24,037 bases of DNA from a virus. Where the stretch lies: UHGV virus genome UHGV-0103738; one strand, 5' to 3'. A program made the position numbers and the translations under genes. The notes under the pieces were generated by a model. That model saw only the letters and a list, made by a program, of their open reading frames with translations, was not told where the DNA came from and made no database searches. Shown in pieces: positions 8,433 through 17,500 of the stretch (within the stretch, counting starts at the first letter, position 1; every line of letters begins with the position of its first letter).

Positions 8433-8488
8433 TAAAAGTCGGGGGACTAGTTCCCCCGTAATAACAATTTTAATTAAGGGGTAATTCT

Positions 8489-8962
8489 ATGTCTCAGCAA
8501 TTCAAAGATATTTTTACTGGTGGTCTGGTAAGTCTGTTCTATCACGCCGATACCACTAACACCGACCTTGCCGATGAAGCATACGAAGAAATTAAAGAGT
8601 GTGCTGGTTTTCCTGAAACTGGTATCGAGCGCGGTACTGTAGAAGTTAAATCCTTCTCTTCTCAGTATAACCGTAAACTGGTAGGTAAACTGAACGTTCC
8701 TGATCTGACTCTGACCGTTAACTACATTCCTGGTGATGCGGTACATGAGAAGCTCATAAAGGCTGCCGAAGACGGTACGCGTATTCAAATCAAAGTTGAA
8801 TACTATGTTGACGCCGGAAAACAGACTGGTATTCGCACTGCTTTCAACGGCTTTATTTCTAAAGTTGCTATGAACGGTGGCGATGAAGAAGTGGTAACGA
8901 AAGAGTTTACCTTTGCTGTTGATGGTGCTCCGCTGAAACAGCAAATCTTCACTGCCGGATGA
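8489..8962 (+). CDS. Major tail tube protein (157 aa)
   Basis: SD AAGGGGTAA. Strongly biased highly-expressed codon usage. Lies upstream of the chaperone and tape-measure genes and is followed by a strong terminator. Stop is TGA at 8960-8962. Confidence 0.7.
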   Translation: MSQQFKDIFTGGLVSLFYHADTTNTDLADEAYEEIKECAGFPETGIERGTVEVKSFSSQYNRKLVGKLNVPDLTLTVNYIPGDAVHEKLIKAAEDGTRIQIKVEYYVDAGKQTGIRTAFNGFISKVAMNGGDEEVVTKEFTFAVDGAPLKQQIFTAG

Positions 8963-9085
8963 ACTAACGAAGAACTTCCTTTACCAGAACCGGAACCACT
9001 GCCGGAACATGAAGCGGTGGTGATTCCAGAAGTAGAAGAAGTTACGGCGAAAGCCACAGCAAAACGAGGCCGCAAGGCTAAGAAT
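8963..9085 (+). other. Putative in-frame TGA read-through extension of the tail tube protein (41 codons, TAA at 9086-9088)
   Basis: Open in frame after the TGA, encoding TNEELPLPEPEPLPEHEAVVIPEVEEVTAKATAKRGRKAKN. Same TGA-ACT context and same Pro/Glu-linker plus basic-tail architecture as the capsid extension. Ends 5 nt before the terminator. Confidence 0.45.
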
Positions 9086-9093
9086 TAATTTTA

Positions 9094-9121
9094 AGCCCTG
9101 CCTTAATGGTGGGGCTTTTTT
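9094..9121 (+). terminator. Rho-independent terminator after the tail tube gene
   Basis: Stem AGCCCTGCC / GGTGGGGCT, loop TTAAT, then a T-run. Same stem as the terminator at 3226-3252. Confidence 0.75.
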
Positions 9122-9136
9122 ATTGGAGTAATCAAA

Positions 9137-9643
9137 ATGGCAAATGTCGTTAAAGTTCCTGGCTGGATCGGGTCATCTGCTGTATCGGTGACGGGTAAGC
9201 GATGGATGAAAGAAGCATTAACAGCTTTAAAAGTTCCGGCTCCGCGTAATATGTCGGCAATGGCTGGTCGTGGTATGGATACGGTTGTAGCTACTGCATC
9301 GTGGTCTACTTCATTGGGTAATAACTGGGGTGTAACTGCTTCAAACTATCCTGTTTCCGGTATGCAAAGCAAAGGATCTATGGAGAACCCCGAAAACGTG
9401 GGCGTAGGGCGTCTGGTTGGCGTTATCGTTGGTCAATTCAATGGCGGTACTCCTACTATGGCTGTATATCTCCAGAACGGTAGAGCGGGGAATATAACCG
9501 TTAATTTGGGTGGTGCTGCTGTCACTGTTCCTTATAACAGTATGCAAAGTGGTTTTCATTACTATTGGTTAAGCAATCCTCCGGCTGCTTTCCTTACCAA
9601 CATTAAGAAGACTGGCACTAAGCAGACTTTGAAAATCTCTTAA
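9137..9643 (+). CDS. Hypothetical tail-associated protein (168 aa, Gly/Ser/Thr/Asn-rich)
   Basis: ORF with upstream GGAG, located between the tube gene and the chaperone genes. Composition suggests a beta-rich structural protein. No specific motif recognised. Confidence 0.45.
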   Translation: MANVVKVPGWIGSSAVSVTGKRWMKEALTALKVPAPRNMSAMAGRGMDTVVATASWSTSLGNNWGVTASNYPVSGMQSKGSMENPENVGVGRLVGVIVGQFNGGTPTMAVYLQNGRAGNITVNLGGAAVTVPYNSMQSGFHYYWLSNPPAAFLTNIKKTGTKQTLKIS

Positions 9644-9685
9644 ATTCTAAATAAACATATCGAATTAACTTAAGAGGAAACAAGA

Positions 9686-9994
9686 ATGAATATTAATGAA
9701 ATGCTGAAAGCTCTTTCTCCGAAACGTGAATCTCTGACCATCGGCGGATTCACGTTCTATGCTCGCCCTATGTCAGTAAAAGAATTTAACGAACATGTTT
9801 TCAATACTGATAAAGAAGACCGTGATGAACGTTCGATTCTTCGTTGTATTGAAGATGAAGACGGTAAACCGGTATTTGAATCTATGGAACAAGTTAAGGC
9901 ACTGTATACTAACGTCCGCAGTGAATTAATCGGTTTGGTTGCTCAAGCGTCATTGATGCAAGATCCGGCAGTAATTGAAAACGAGGTAAAGTAA
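9686..9994 (+). CDS. Tail assembly chaperone (lambda gpG-like by position, 102 aa)
   Basis: SD AGAGGAAA. Small acidic protein immediately upstream of the tape measure gene, with a second ORF in the -1 frame overlapping its 3' end. Confidence 0.55.
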   Translation: MNINEMLKALSPKRESLTIGGFTFYARPMSVKEFNEHVFNTDKEDRDERSILRCIEDEDGKPVFESMEQVKALYTNVRSELIGLVAQASLMQDPAVIENEVK

Positions 9995-10023
9995 ACCCGC
10001 TTCTGAATTTCTATTTTCGGCAA

Positions 10024-10374
10024 ATGATGCGATCGGGGCTTAGTAAAGATGAAATGGATAATATGCCAATCACTCTGTTTTGGAAATTATACATTTTCGA
10101 CACCTACTTAGAACCACAAAGCCCCGCGTTTCATGATATGCAGAATGCGATGTTGCAATATTCCATGTATATGACGTCGCAAGGAATGACTCGTGAAACT
10201 GCAAAGAAACTCAAGCCTAGCCAATTCCAATTAATTAGAGAAGAAAAACTCTTTAAAACTAAAGAAGAACTGGAAGAACTTGCACGCAAGAAAGAAGAAG
10301 AACGTAAAGCTGCAACATTGAGCATGTTCGATCCATCTTTGCTTGAGAAACTCAGAAGCGCACAAACGGGGTAA
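10024..10374 (+). CDS. Tail assembly chaperone -1 frame segment (gpT-like; frame open from 9979)
   Basis: ORF in the -1 frame relative to 9686..9994. No SD upstream of ATG 10024, and the frame is open back to 9979, overlapping the last five codons of the upstream gene. This fits expression as a frameshift fusion. Confidence 0.5.
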   Translation: MMRSGLSKDEMDNMPITLFWKLYIFDTYLEPQSPAFHDMQNAMLQYSMYMTSQGMTRETAKKLKPSQFQLIREEKLFKTKEELEELARKKEEERKAATLSMFDPSLLEKLRSAQTG

Positions 10375-10377
10375 TTT

Positions 10378-12810
10378 ATGACAAAACATATAGTAACAAT
10401 AGAAGGGGATAATAAAGGTCTAAGGAGAAGTACCAGTGAAGCCGCCGACCTTCTCGATAGTTTGTCTGAAAAGGCAAGTGGTATTGATTTTGGTGGTGGC
10501 TTGTCTGGTTTGACTGGATCTCTTCGTGGGATCGCTGGCTCTGCTGGTTTGGCTGCTGGTGGTATCGGCTTAGTTGCGACCGCAGTGGTTGCAGCCGCTA
10601 AAGCTGGTGCGGAATACGTTAAACAGTATTCAGAAGTATCTAAGGCGACCGGACTCTCGATTGAATCCCTTCAAAGACTAGAAAAGGAATTTTCTGGTAC
10701 TGGCCTAACAGTTGAAAAATTCGGTGATATCAACAAAGACACCTTAGATAAGATGGGTGATGCATGGGCTAACGGTGGTGGTATTGCTGATGACTTAGAA
10801 TCGGTTGGTCTTAAGTTAGAAAACTATGCTCACTTCATGACAGATCCGCAAGGTGGTATGAAAGCGGCGATCCAAGTGTTCTATGACATGAAGAAAGCCG
10901 GAAAATCAATGGCTGAAATCAAGTTCATGATGGAATCTTTAGCCAGTGATTCAAGCCATATGACCAGCCAGCTTGAGAAATATAATAGTGCTCAAGAGGC
11001 GATGATCGCTATTCAGAATCAATCTGTTAACGTCACCGAAGAAAACGCTAAAAAATATGATAAATTTTCTCAGAATATTAATAAGCTGGAAAATAACCTG
11101 AAAGGCGCAGCCATGACCATTACTGGTCCTTTGGTTGATAGCTTAAACTGGTTATTTGAATGGTTTAATATTGATTGGGAAAAGAGTTCTCTATTCAGGG
11201 CATTAGATCGACTGAATAAAGAAGGCAAGACCGCAACTGGTGGTATTCTTAACGCCAACCATAAAGACGCTCAAAAGATTATTGACAAGTACAATAAAGA
11301 AAAGCGTTGGAATAATCTAGCAGATTGGGAAAAGGCCGCGATCCGTGGTGCTGGTGTCGATCCTCGTACTGCTGGCTTTGATGTTGAAGGATTTAAGAAA
11401 CGTTTTGGTGGGTCTTATAAAACTTCAAGTGGTGCTCTGATTGTCGTAGATGCAGGTGAACATCTGACACGCAAGGCAGATCCTAACACTGATTTGACTA
11501 TACCAAATAAACCAGTAAGACCAGAATCATTGGGTAAGTCTGGCAACGAGAAGAAAGCCGAGGAAGAAGCCAAAAAGAAAGCGGAAGAGGCAGCTAAAAA
11601 GGCTAAGGAAGCCGCAGAAAAAGCACAGAAAGCACGCGAGGATGCAATCAAGCGACTGAATGCACTTGATGTTAAATTGCAAGGGCAAGTTGCAGCGTCT
11701 ATCACTTCTCAAAATAGCCAGTTGCAAAACAGCTTAAAAGATGTGAACGACGCGTTAGCTCTGGGCTTAATCTCTCAGGAAGACGCAGCCGCGAAACGCC
11801 AGGCGCTAATCGATCAGAATACTGAAAACGTTTATAAAATGATGTTGGGTGCTGATCCGATTGATGCTCTGAATGCTTTAACACAATTGCAACAAATCAG
11901 GGACAACGAGCTAGAAAGCCATAAACGGTTACTTGATGGTAAAGCTATCTCCTACGAAGAATATATGCGTCGTGTGAACGATACCGAGCAAAACTATTCT
12001 CAGATTGAAAATTCTTTACAGGGAATGGATGGTTATAAAACCAATCAATTAACTAGTGGTTATGATTATCAAGACTCAAATAATCCGTTTGCTAAATTTA
12101 ATGCAATCGATAAAGAGAAATCGGATGCTGAACAAGATTATAAGACCGATAAACTCAAGATTGACGGTATTAATGATCCGGCTAAACGGATGGAAGCATT
12201 AGAAAAACTCAATGAAAACCATCAAAAACGGATGGCTGCAATTGAAAAGAAATATGCTGATGCTCGTCAGTCAATAGCTGATGATATGTACGGCGGTTTT
12301 GCTGCTGCAATGACTCTCTTCGGGCAGGAAAACACAAAAGCTATGCAGATGGCTTTCAATGCTCATAAAGCATTCTCAATTGGACAAGCGACGGTGAACA
12401 TGTGGACGGCTGCTACCGATGCATGGAACGATCCGACCAACGTAACCACAGGTCAAAAGATCGCTGCTGCTGCATTGGCTGTTTCTCAGAACATGGGGAA
12501 CATTGCAAACATCAAGTCTACTAATGTTAGCGGTATGGCTCATGATGGTATCGATAACATCCCGCGTGAGGGTACATGGTTGCTTGATAAGGGTGAACGA
12601 GTAGTTGATCAGCGTACTAACGGTGATTTGAAAGACTTCTTATCTGCTCAAAAATCAGGCGGTGGTAACTCTCAGCCGATTGAAGTTAATGCGCCTTTGA
12701 ACATTAACGGCAACGTTAATAGCTCAGACAAGATGGTTATGGATGCTATCAAACGTCACGCTAAGTTAGTTGCTCAGGCGGTAGAAGACGCACAGCGTCG
12801 TAAGATGTAA
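10378..12810 (+). CDS. Tail tape measure protein (810 aa)
   Basis: Position after the chaperone pair. N-terminal Gly-rich hydrophobic segment, long coiled-coil and Lys/Glu/Ala-rich stretches, C-terminal Gly-rich region. Confidence 0.85.
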   Translation: MTKHIVTIEGDNKGLRRSTSEAADLLDSLSEKASGIDFGGGLSGLTGSLRGIAGSAGLAAGGIGLVATAVVAAAKAGAEYVKQYSEVSKATGLSIESLQRLEKEFSGTGLTVEKFGDINKDTLDKMGDAWANGGGIADDLESVGLKLENYAHFMTDPQGGMKAAIQVFYDMKKAGKSMAEIKFMMESLASDSSHMTSQLEKYNSAQEAMIAIQNQSVNVTEENAKKYDKFSQNINKLENNLKGAAMTITGPLVDSLNWLFEWFNIDWEKSSLFRALDRLNKEGKTATGGILNANHKDAQKIIDKYNKEKRWNNLADWEKAAIRGAGVDPRTAGFDVEGFKKRFGGSYKTSSGALIVVDAGEHLTRKADPNTDLTIPNKPVRPESLGKSGNEKKAEEEAKKKAEEAAKKAKEAAEKAQKAREDAIKRLNALDVKLQGQVAASITSQNSQLQNSLKDVNDALALGLISQEDAAAKRQALIDQNTENVYKMMLGADPIDALNALTQLQQIRDNELESHKRLLDGKAISYEEYMRRVNDTEQNYSQIENSLQGMDGYKTNQLTSGYDYQDSNNPFAKFNAIDKEKSDAEQDYKTDKLKIDGINDPAKRMEALEKLNENHQKRMAAIEKKYADARQSIADDMYGGFAAAMTLFGQENTKAMQMAFNAHKAFSIGQATVNMWTAATDAWNDPTNVTTGQKIAAAALAVSQNMGNIANIKSTNVSGMAHDGIDNIPREGTWLLDKGERVVDQRTNGDLKDFLSAQKSGGGNSQPIEVNAPLNINGNVNSSDKMVMDAIKRHAKLVAQAVEDAQRRKM

Positions 12811-12815
12811 TTAAA

Positions 12816-12859
12816 AGCCCCCATAGTCATAAATAATCATAAAACTATGGGGGCTTTTC
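12816..12859 (+). terminator. Hairpin with T-run after the tape measure gene
   Basis: Stem AGCCCCCATAG / CTATGGGGGCT (11 bp) with an 18-nt A/T-rich loop TCATAAATAATCATAAAA, followed by TTTT. Confidence 0.55.
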
Positions 12860-12860
12860 T

Positions 12861-13421
12861 ATGTTCAAATCCAAGAATATTAAAATCACAGATTTTACTC
12901 TTAAATCAAAACAACCTTTCTTCAAGGCGCAATCTATTTCTGGTAAGTTCCAGCGTCGCTTTACTGGCATTCATTTTTATGAAGCAGAATTTACAGCTAA
13001 TTTCATGGCTCAGGATATTAACGAAGTAAAAGAATTTGTAGCACGTCACCTTTTTGGTCGTCCTTTTAGTGTGCCACTGTCTTACTTTTCAAAATATACA
13101 GGTGATGTACGCCAGATGGTTACGGCTGCTGCTGGTACTGCTCGCGGTGGGCGTAAGGTGAGAATCTCCAACTTCACCGGAACACTGAAAGCGGGAACTA
13201 TCATCCAGTTTGAGAACCACAAGAAAATCTACACGATCACCGAAGACGTGAAATCAGGTGGTGAAATGAAACTCTTCCCTAACTTGCGTCAAAACGTCCT
13301 GGCTGGTGAGGTGATCAAGTATCAGAACGTAGAAGGCGAATTTGTTCTCAAAACTGAAAATATCGATTGGAAGATCGCCCAGATTGGCAAGATGAAATTC
13401 GAATTAGTGGAGAATGTATAA
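12861..13421 (+). CDS. Minor tail protein (distal tail protein candidate, 186 aa)
   Basis: First gene after the tape measure protein. Stop TAA overlaps the next start (TAATG at 13419-13423). Confidence 0.5.
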   Translation: MFKSKNIKITDFTLKSKQPFFKAQSISGKFQRRFTGIHFYEAEFTANFMAQDINEVKEFVARHLFGRPFSVPLSYFSKYTGDVRQMVTAAAGTARGGRKVRISNFTGTLKAGTIIQFENHKKIYTITEDVKSGGEMKLFPNLRQNVLAGEVIKYQNVEGEFVLKTENIDWKIAQIGKMKFELVENV

Positions 13422-14074
13422 TGGCAACTATTCAGGAATCATTCAGCAAACTATGCACTAATCTGGACTTCATCGAGGTCTACAACGACCAGACAGGTCA
13501 GAATGTGTCTAGATTGACTCTACCGCAGCTTTTCTCTACTGGATCGATGTTTCACATTATCGAAGTAGTAACCGCGTCAGGGGACGTTCTACGGCTTACA
13601 GATGGGTATTTCGATCTGGACTATAACGGATTTACGTATCTCGCAACGGGTGATTTTCTTCAAATCTCATCGAATACCGAAGAGAAGGAGATCAACAACA
13701 ACGGGATCAACGTAACTGTTTCTAACGTTCGCGAAGAATACATTACCCTGATTCGAAACAAGCAATTCGATAAATCTGATGTGAAAATCGAGATGGTTTT
13801 CCTTAACCCCAACACGGGCAAGGTTGAAACTACTTACCCTGTTTTCCGTGGGGTAGTCGATTCCATCGGTATTAACATCGAACATGAAGATGATGAGTGT
13901 AAAAACGAATCAGAATTTCAGCTTAATAGTATCTGGGAAGTTCTAGATAAAAACGCTCGTAGTCATGCCTCCGATGGTATCCACCGATCCTATGTTGGAA
14001 ACGAGAACGATCTATTCTTCTCCCGTGCCGGGAAGTGGCAAAGCGAAAGCAAGTGGCATTCATCGAAGAAATAA
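13421..14074 (+). CDS. Minor tail protein (217 aa; start at ATG 13421 rather than track start 13367)
   Basis: Same frame as track ORF 13367..14074. ATG 13421 overlaps the upstream stop by 1 nt. Sits at the lambda gpL-like position of the tail-tip cluster. Confidence 0.5.
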   Translation: MATIQESFSKLCTNLDFIEVYNDQTGQNVSRLTLPQLFSTGSMFHIIEVVTASGDVLRLTDGYFDLDYNGFTYLATGDFLQISSNTEEKEINNNGINVTVSNVREEYITLIRNKQFDKSDVKIEMVFLNPNTGKVETTYPVFRGVVDSIGINIEHEDDECKNESEFQLNSIWEVLDKNARSHASDGIHRSYVGNENDLFFSRAGKWQSESKWHSSKK

Positions 14075-14120
14075 TCCCTTCTCCCTAAGCCTAGTAAATA
14101 ACAGCATGGAGGTATTCAAC

Positions 14121-14540
14121 ATGCTAAAAACTAGGCTTATCACCGATTACATCAATTCTTTAATAGGTCAGGAGTTCGTTCAAGGCGAGAATGATTGCAA
14201 TCTCATTGCATGTAAGATCATCGATATTCTCGCTGGTACTGACCTATATAATTCTCTTTATAAAAAATATTCAACTAAAGAAGAAGGCTTGAAAATCTGC
14301 AAAGAATTAAGCGGATATTCAAACATCCTTCAACCAATTAAGAAACATTTCAAATTAGTCACTGATGATTTACAGGACGGCGACTTACTGGTCACAGCCC
14401 ACAAATTAGGAAACCGTAATTATTATTCCGTAGTTCCTCATTATTCCGGTTATGGCCTCGTTGAAGAAGATGGTATCTGGATGACCATTCCTGTTTCAGA
14501 CATTGACTATGAACAAGTTTATAGATTCGGGGGTGAATAA
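14121..14540 (+). CDS. Tail assembly protein, gpK-like with possible NlpC/P60-type Cys motif (139 aa)
   Basis: GGAGG at 14108-14112 sits 8 nt before ATG 14121. ENDCNLIAC resembles the catalytic Cys motif of NlpC/P60 domains. Located immediately upstream of the J-like gene, with a TAATG overlap at 14538-14542. Confidence 0.5.
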   Translation: MLKTRLITDYINSLIGQEFVQGENDCNLIACKIIDILAGTDLYNSLYKKYSTKEEGLKICKELSGYSNILQPIKKHFKLVTDDLQDGDLLVTAHKLGNRNYYSVVPHYSGYGLVEEDGIWMTIPVSDIDYEQVYRFGGE

Positions 14541-17500
14541 TGGGATTTGAAATATTGGTAGGCGCGGTTATTGCTGGTGCGTCTGCTGGGATGGCTGCTG
14601 CTGCAACATTTTCTGTTATGACCGCAGTCGCTATCGGTATGGCTGCTGGTGCAATGACCTTGATCGCTTCCACTGTAGGCGCACCAAAAACACCGAAAGT
14701 ACAAAGCCCAGATAATGCGGTGACACTAGGAACATCAAACGATCCGAAGACAGTATTACCCGTTCTTTTCGGTACTACCCGCACGGGTGCAATCTGCGTT
14801 TACAAAGCAATTTCTAAGCAAGAAAACAATAAGTTAGTGCAAATCTTCGCAATTGCAGAGGGTGAAATCGACCATTACAAAGCACTATTCATCGATAACA
14901 AAAATGTTCTTGTTGGTAAGAACATGACGATCCGTGATGGTGTACTGGACAAAGGCAACATTAAAGAAGAATACCGGAAAGTTTTAGAGGTTGAGTTCCG
15001 CACTGGTAAGAATCCTAACACCGCTTTGTCACTGGCAAAACGTCACTTAGGGTCAGACTGGAACGACAACTACAAAGGCAATGGTATTGCGACCATGTGT
15101 ATTGTGTTGCGTCGTGATGACAAATCTCTTGCTGCTGGTGTTGATATTCTCCAACCAAATAGCCAGGTAGCGGTAGACGTTTGCGGGTTAAAGATTCGTA
15201 ACCTTGAAACCAATGCTATTGAGGCTAGCACTAACGGCGTGGACCAGATTTTCCATTATCTGACAAATACAAAATATGGTCTTAGTGTACCAATTGAAAA
15301 CATCAACGTTGATTCATTCCTGAAAGTACGTAAGCAAGTACGCCAGATGGATTTGCATTCAAACGGTGCATGTGATCCGAACGCCAGCTTTAAAGAGAAC
15401 TTGACTAGCCTTATGCAGACTTTCGGCGGGGTGATGTTCGAATCCTTTGGACGTATTACGCTGAAACTGGATGCTCCTGATATTGTTAAGCATACCTTCA
15501 ATGAAGACAATATCATGATGGGTAAGGTATCACTGAAAACAGGTGGCACTAACGGTTATTTCAATACCATTAACGCGATGTATCAAGAACCATCAATCGA
15601 CTATTCAGAGCAAATGCTACGTTATCCGGCTGATGCTGAAAACGATGCTACTATTCGTCAAGATGGTCGAATTATCGCTAAAGATATTGAATATCGTTTT
15701 GTTAAGTCTAAAGCCCAGATTGATAAACTTGCGAGTATTGAGCGAAATAAATCTCGTATCACTCAGGTTATCAGCTTTATGACTACTGACGCATTCACTG
15801 CCGAAGTTTGGGACGTTATCAGCGTAACCTATGATGAATTGAAGCTGAATAATTCCTTATGGCGTATTACTGCAATTGATCGCTCGATTGATTCTGGTAT
15901 TGCTGGGATGATGACTATCACCGCTACAGAATATAATTCTCAGGTTTATACTGACCTGAACTATGCGGCTAACCCAGATAACCGACCAAGTGGTTTACCG
16001 GATTCAATGACAGTACAGAAGCCTACTAATTTCAGAATTAAGGCAACTGGCGAGACGATTTACGGTAAAAACGTTACTTTGACATGGGATGCACCAGAAG
16101 ATTTTAACCGCTACGGCTTCCAGATTGATTACCGTGTAAGCGGATCACCTAACTGGATTAAGTTGGGACAGACTTCACAGCAAATTTTCAGTGTCAATGC
16201 ACTGGCAAAAGATCGTTCCTACGATTACCGAGTTTGTGCTTTCGGTATCATCGCGAGATCCGATTGGGTAGAACTGATTAACCAGAATCCTACTGTTACC
16301 TATGAATTGCCGACTCCGGTTATTCGAATCAAAAATCAGGGTAGCACGCCAGGAACTTTCGAAGGTAATGATCTGATTATCGAATGGGAAAATCAGCAAC
16401 AATTAGATGTTGAGATCAACGGTGAAACTAACAAGTTTAGTGACCTGTTTGAAGCATACATTATCAAGGTGACTAACAAGGCTGGTAAGTCTATTCAGTA
16501 CCGTACCCGCGATCCTGAATCATGGACTTATACGCTTGATATGAACCAGTTTAACGGCCTTTCGCGTCAACTTACGGTAGAAGTATCAGCTAAGGGCTAT
16601 AACAACTCAGAGAGCGCCCCAGCGCGTTTAGTGGCTATCAACCCACAACATAAGCCAATGAAAGGTTTTAGTGCGCGTGGTGGCTTTAATACTGCGTTTG
16701 TTAGCTGGGCGGATGACGTAGAACATGACTATGCAGGGTCAATCATCCAGTATGCAACCGACAACACTTTCTCAGATGCAAGGGCAGTAAGTACGAATAG
16801 TGTTAGCCATACTTCCTTTGATATTGCTGACGGTGATTATTATATCCGTGGTGCTCACTACGATATTTTCGGTATGGATGATGCTGTTTGGTCTGAACCG
16901 TATTTCATGCAAATGAAGTCTACGATTAGTTGGGACGATCAGGACAAAGAAGCACTGGAAGACCTGATCGGTTTACAAGATCGCTTAGATGAAACTATCG
17001 CGGATGCTATTAAGCAAGCTGGCGCTAATGCCGATGCTAAAATTGATGCAATGCATAAGCAAATCACTACCGAGACGGGTAAAACTGTTCAAGCCTCAGC
17101 CGATACCTTAAAGAGTCTGATTGCTTCTGGTGATAAGGCAAGTTCAACTAAGATTGATCAGGTTAAAGCTGAACTGAAAGGCGATATCACCAAAGAAGTT
17201 AGCGCCTCCGCTACAACCCTGAAACAAGCAATTGCAACCAGTGAGGCAGCAAGCGCAAGTAAGATTGATCAAGTTCGGGTAGAAATGGATGGCAAGATTG
17301 CTGGTGTGAATCAGGAAGCAGATGTAAAAATCGATGCTTTGAAAGGAACCATTAACAGCAAATACAATCTGGCGGTTAATGCAGATGGTCGCGTGGCTGG
17401 TATTCATATGAGCGCAACCAATGATCCGGCAGAACCGACAAGAATCATCTTTACGGCTGATAAAATCGCGGTAGCTCCACAGAATGGATCGGGGGTATGT

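Noticed and set aside
8440-8458. Hairpin (CGGGGGA-CTAGT-TCCCCCG) after the fibre gene
   Set aside because: Only a weak, interrupted T-tract follows. Left uncalled as a terminator.
11070-11884. – strand ORFs within the tape measure gene
   Set aside because: Antisense to the Ala/Lys/Glu-rich coding sequence and created by its repetitive composition.
12847-13029. 60-aa ORF overlapping the start of the first minor tail gene
   Set aside because: Alternative frame of the same region. The 12861 ORF has the SD and continues for 186 codons.
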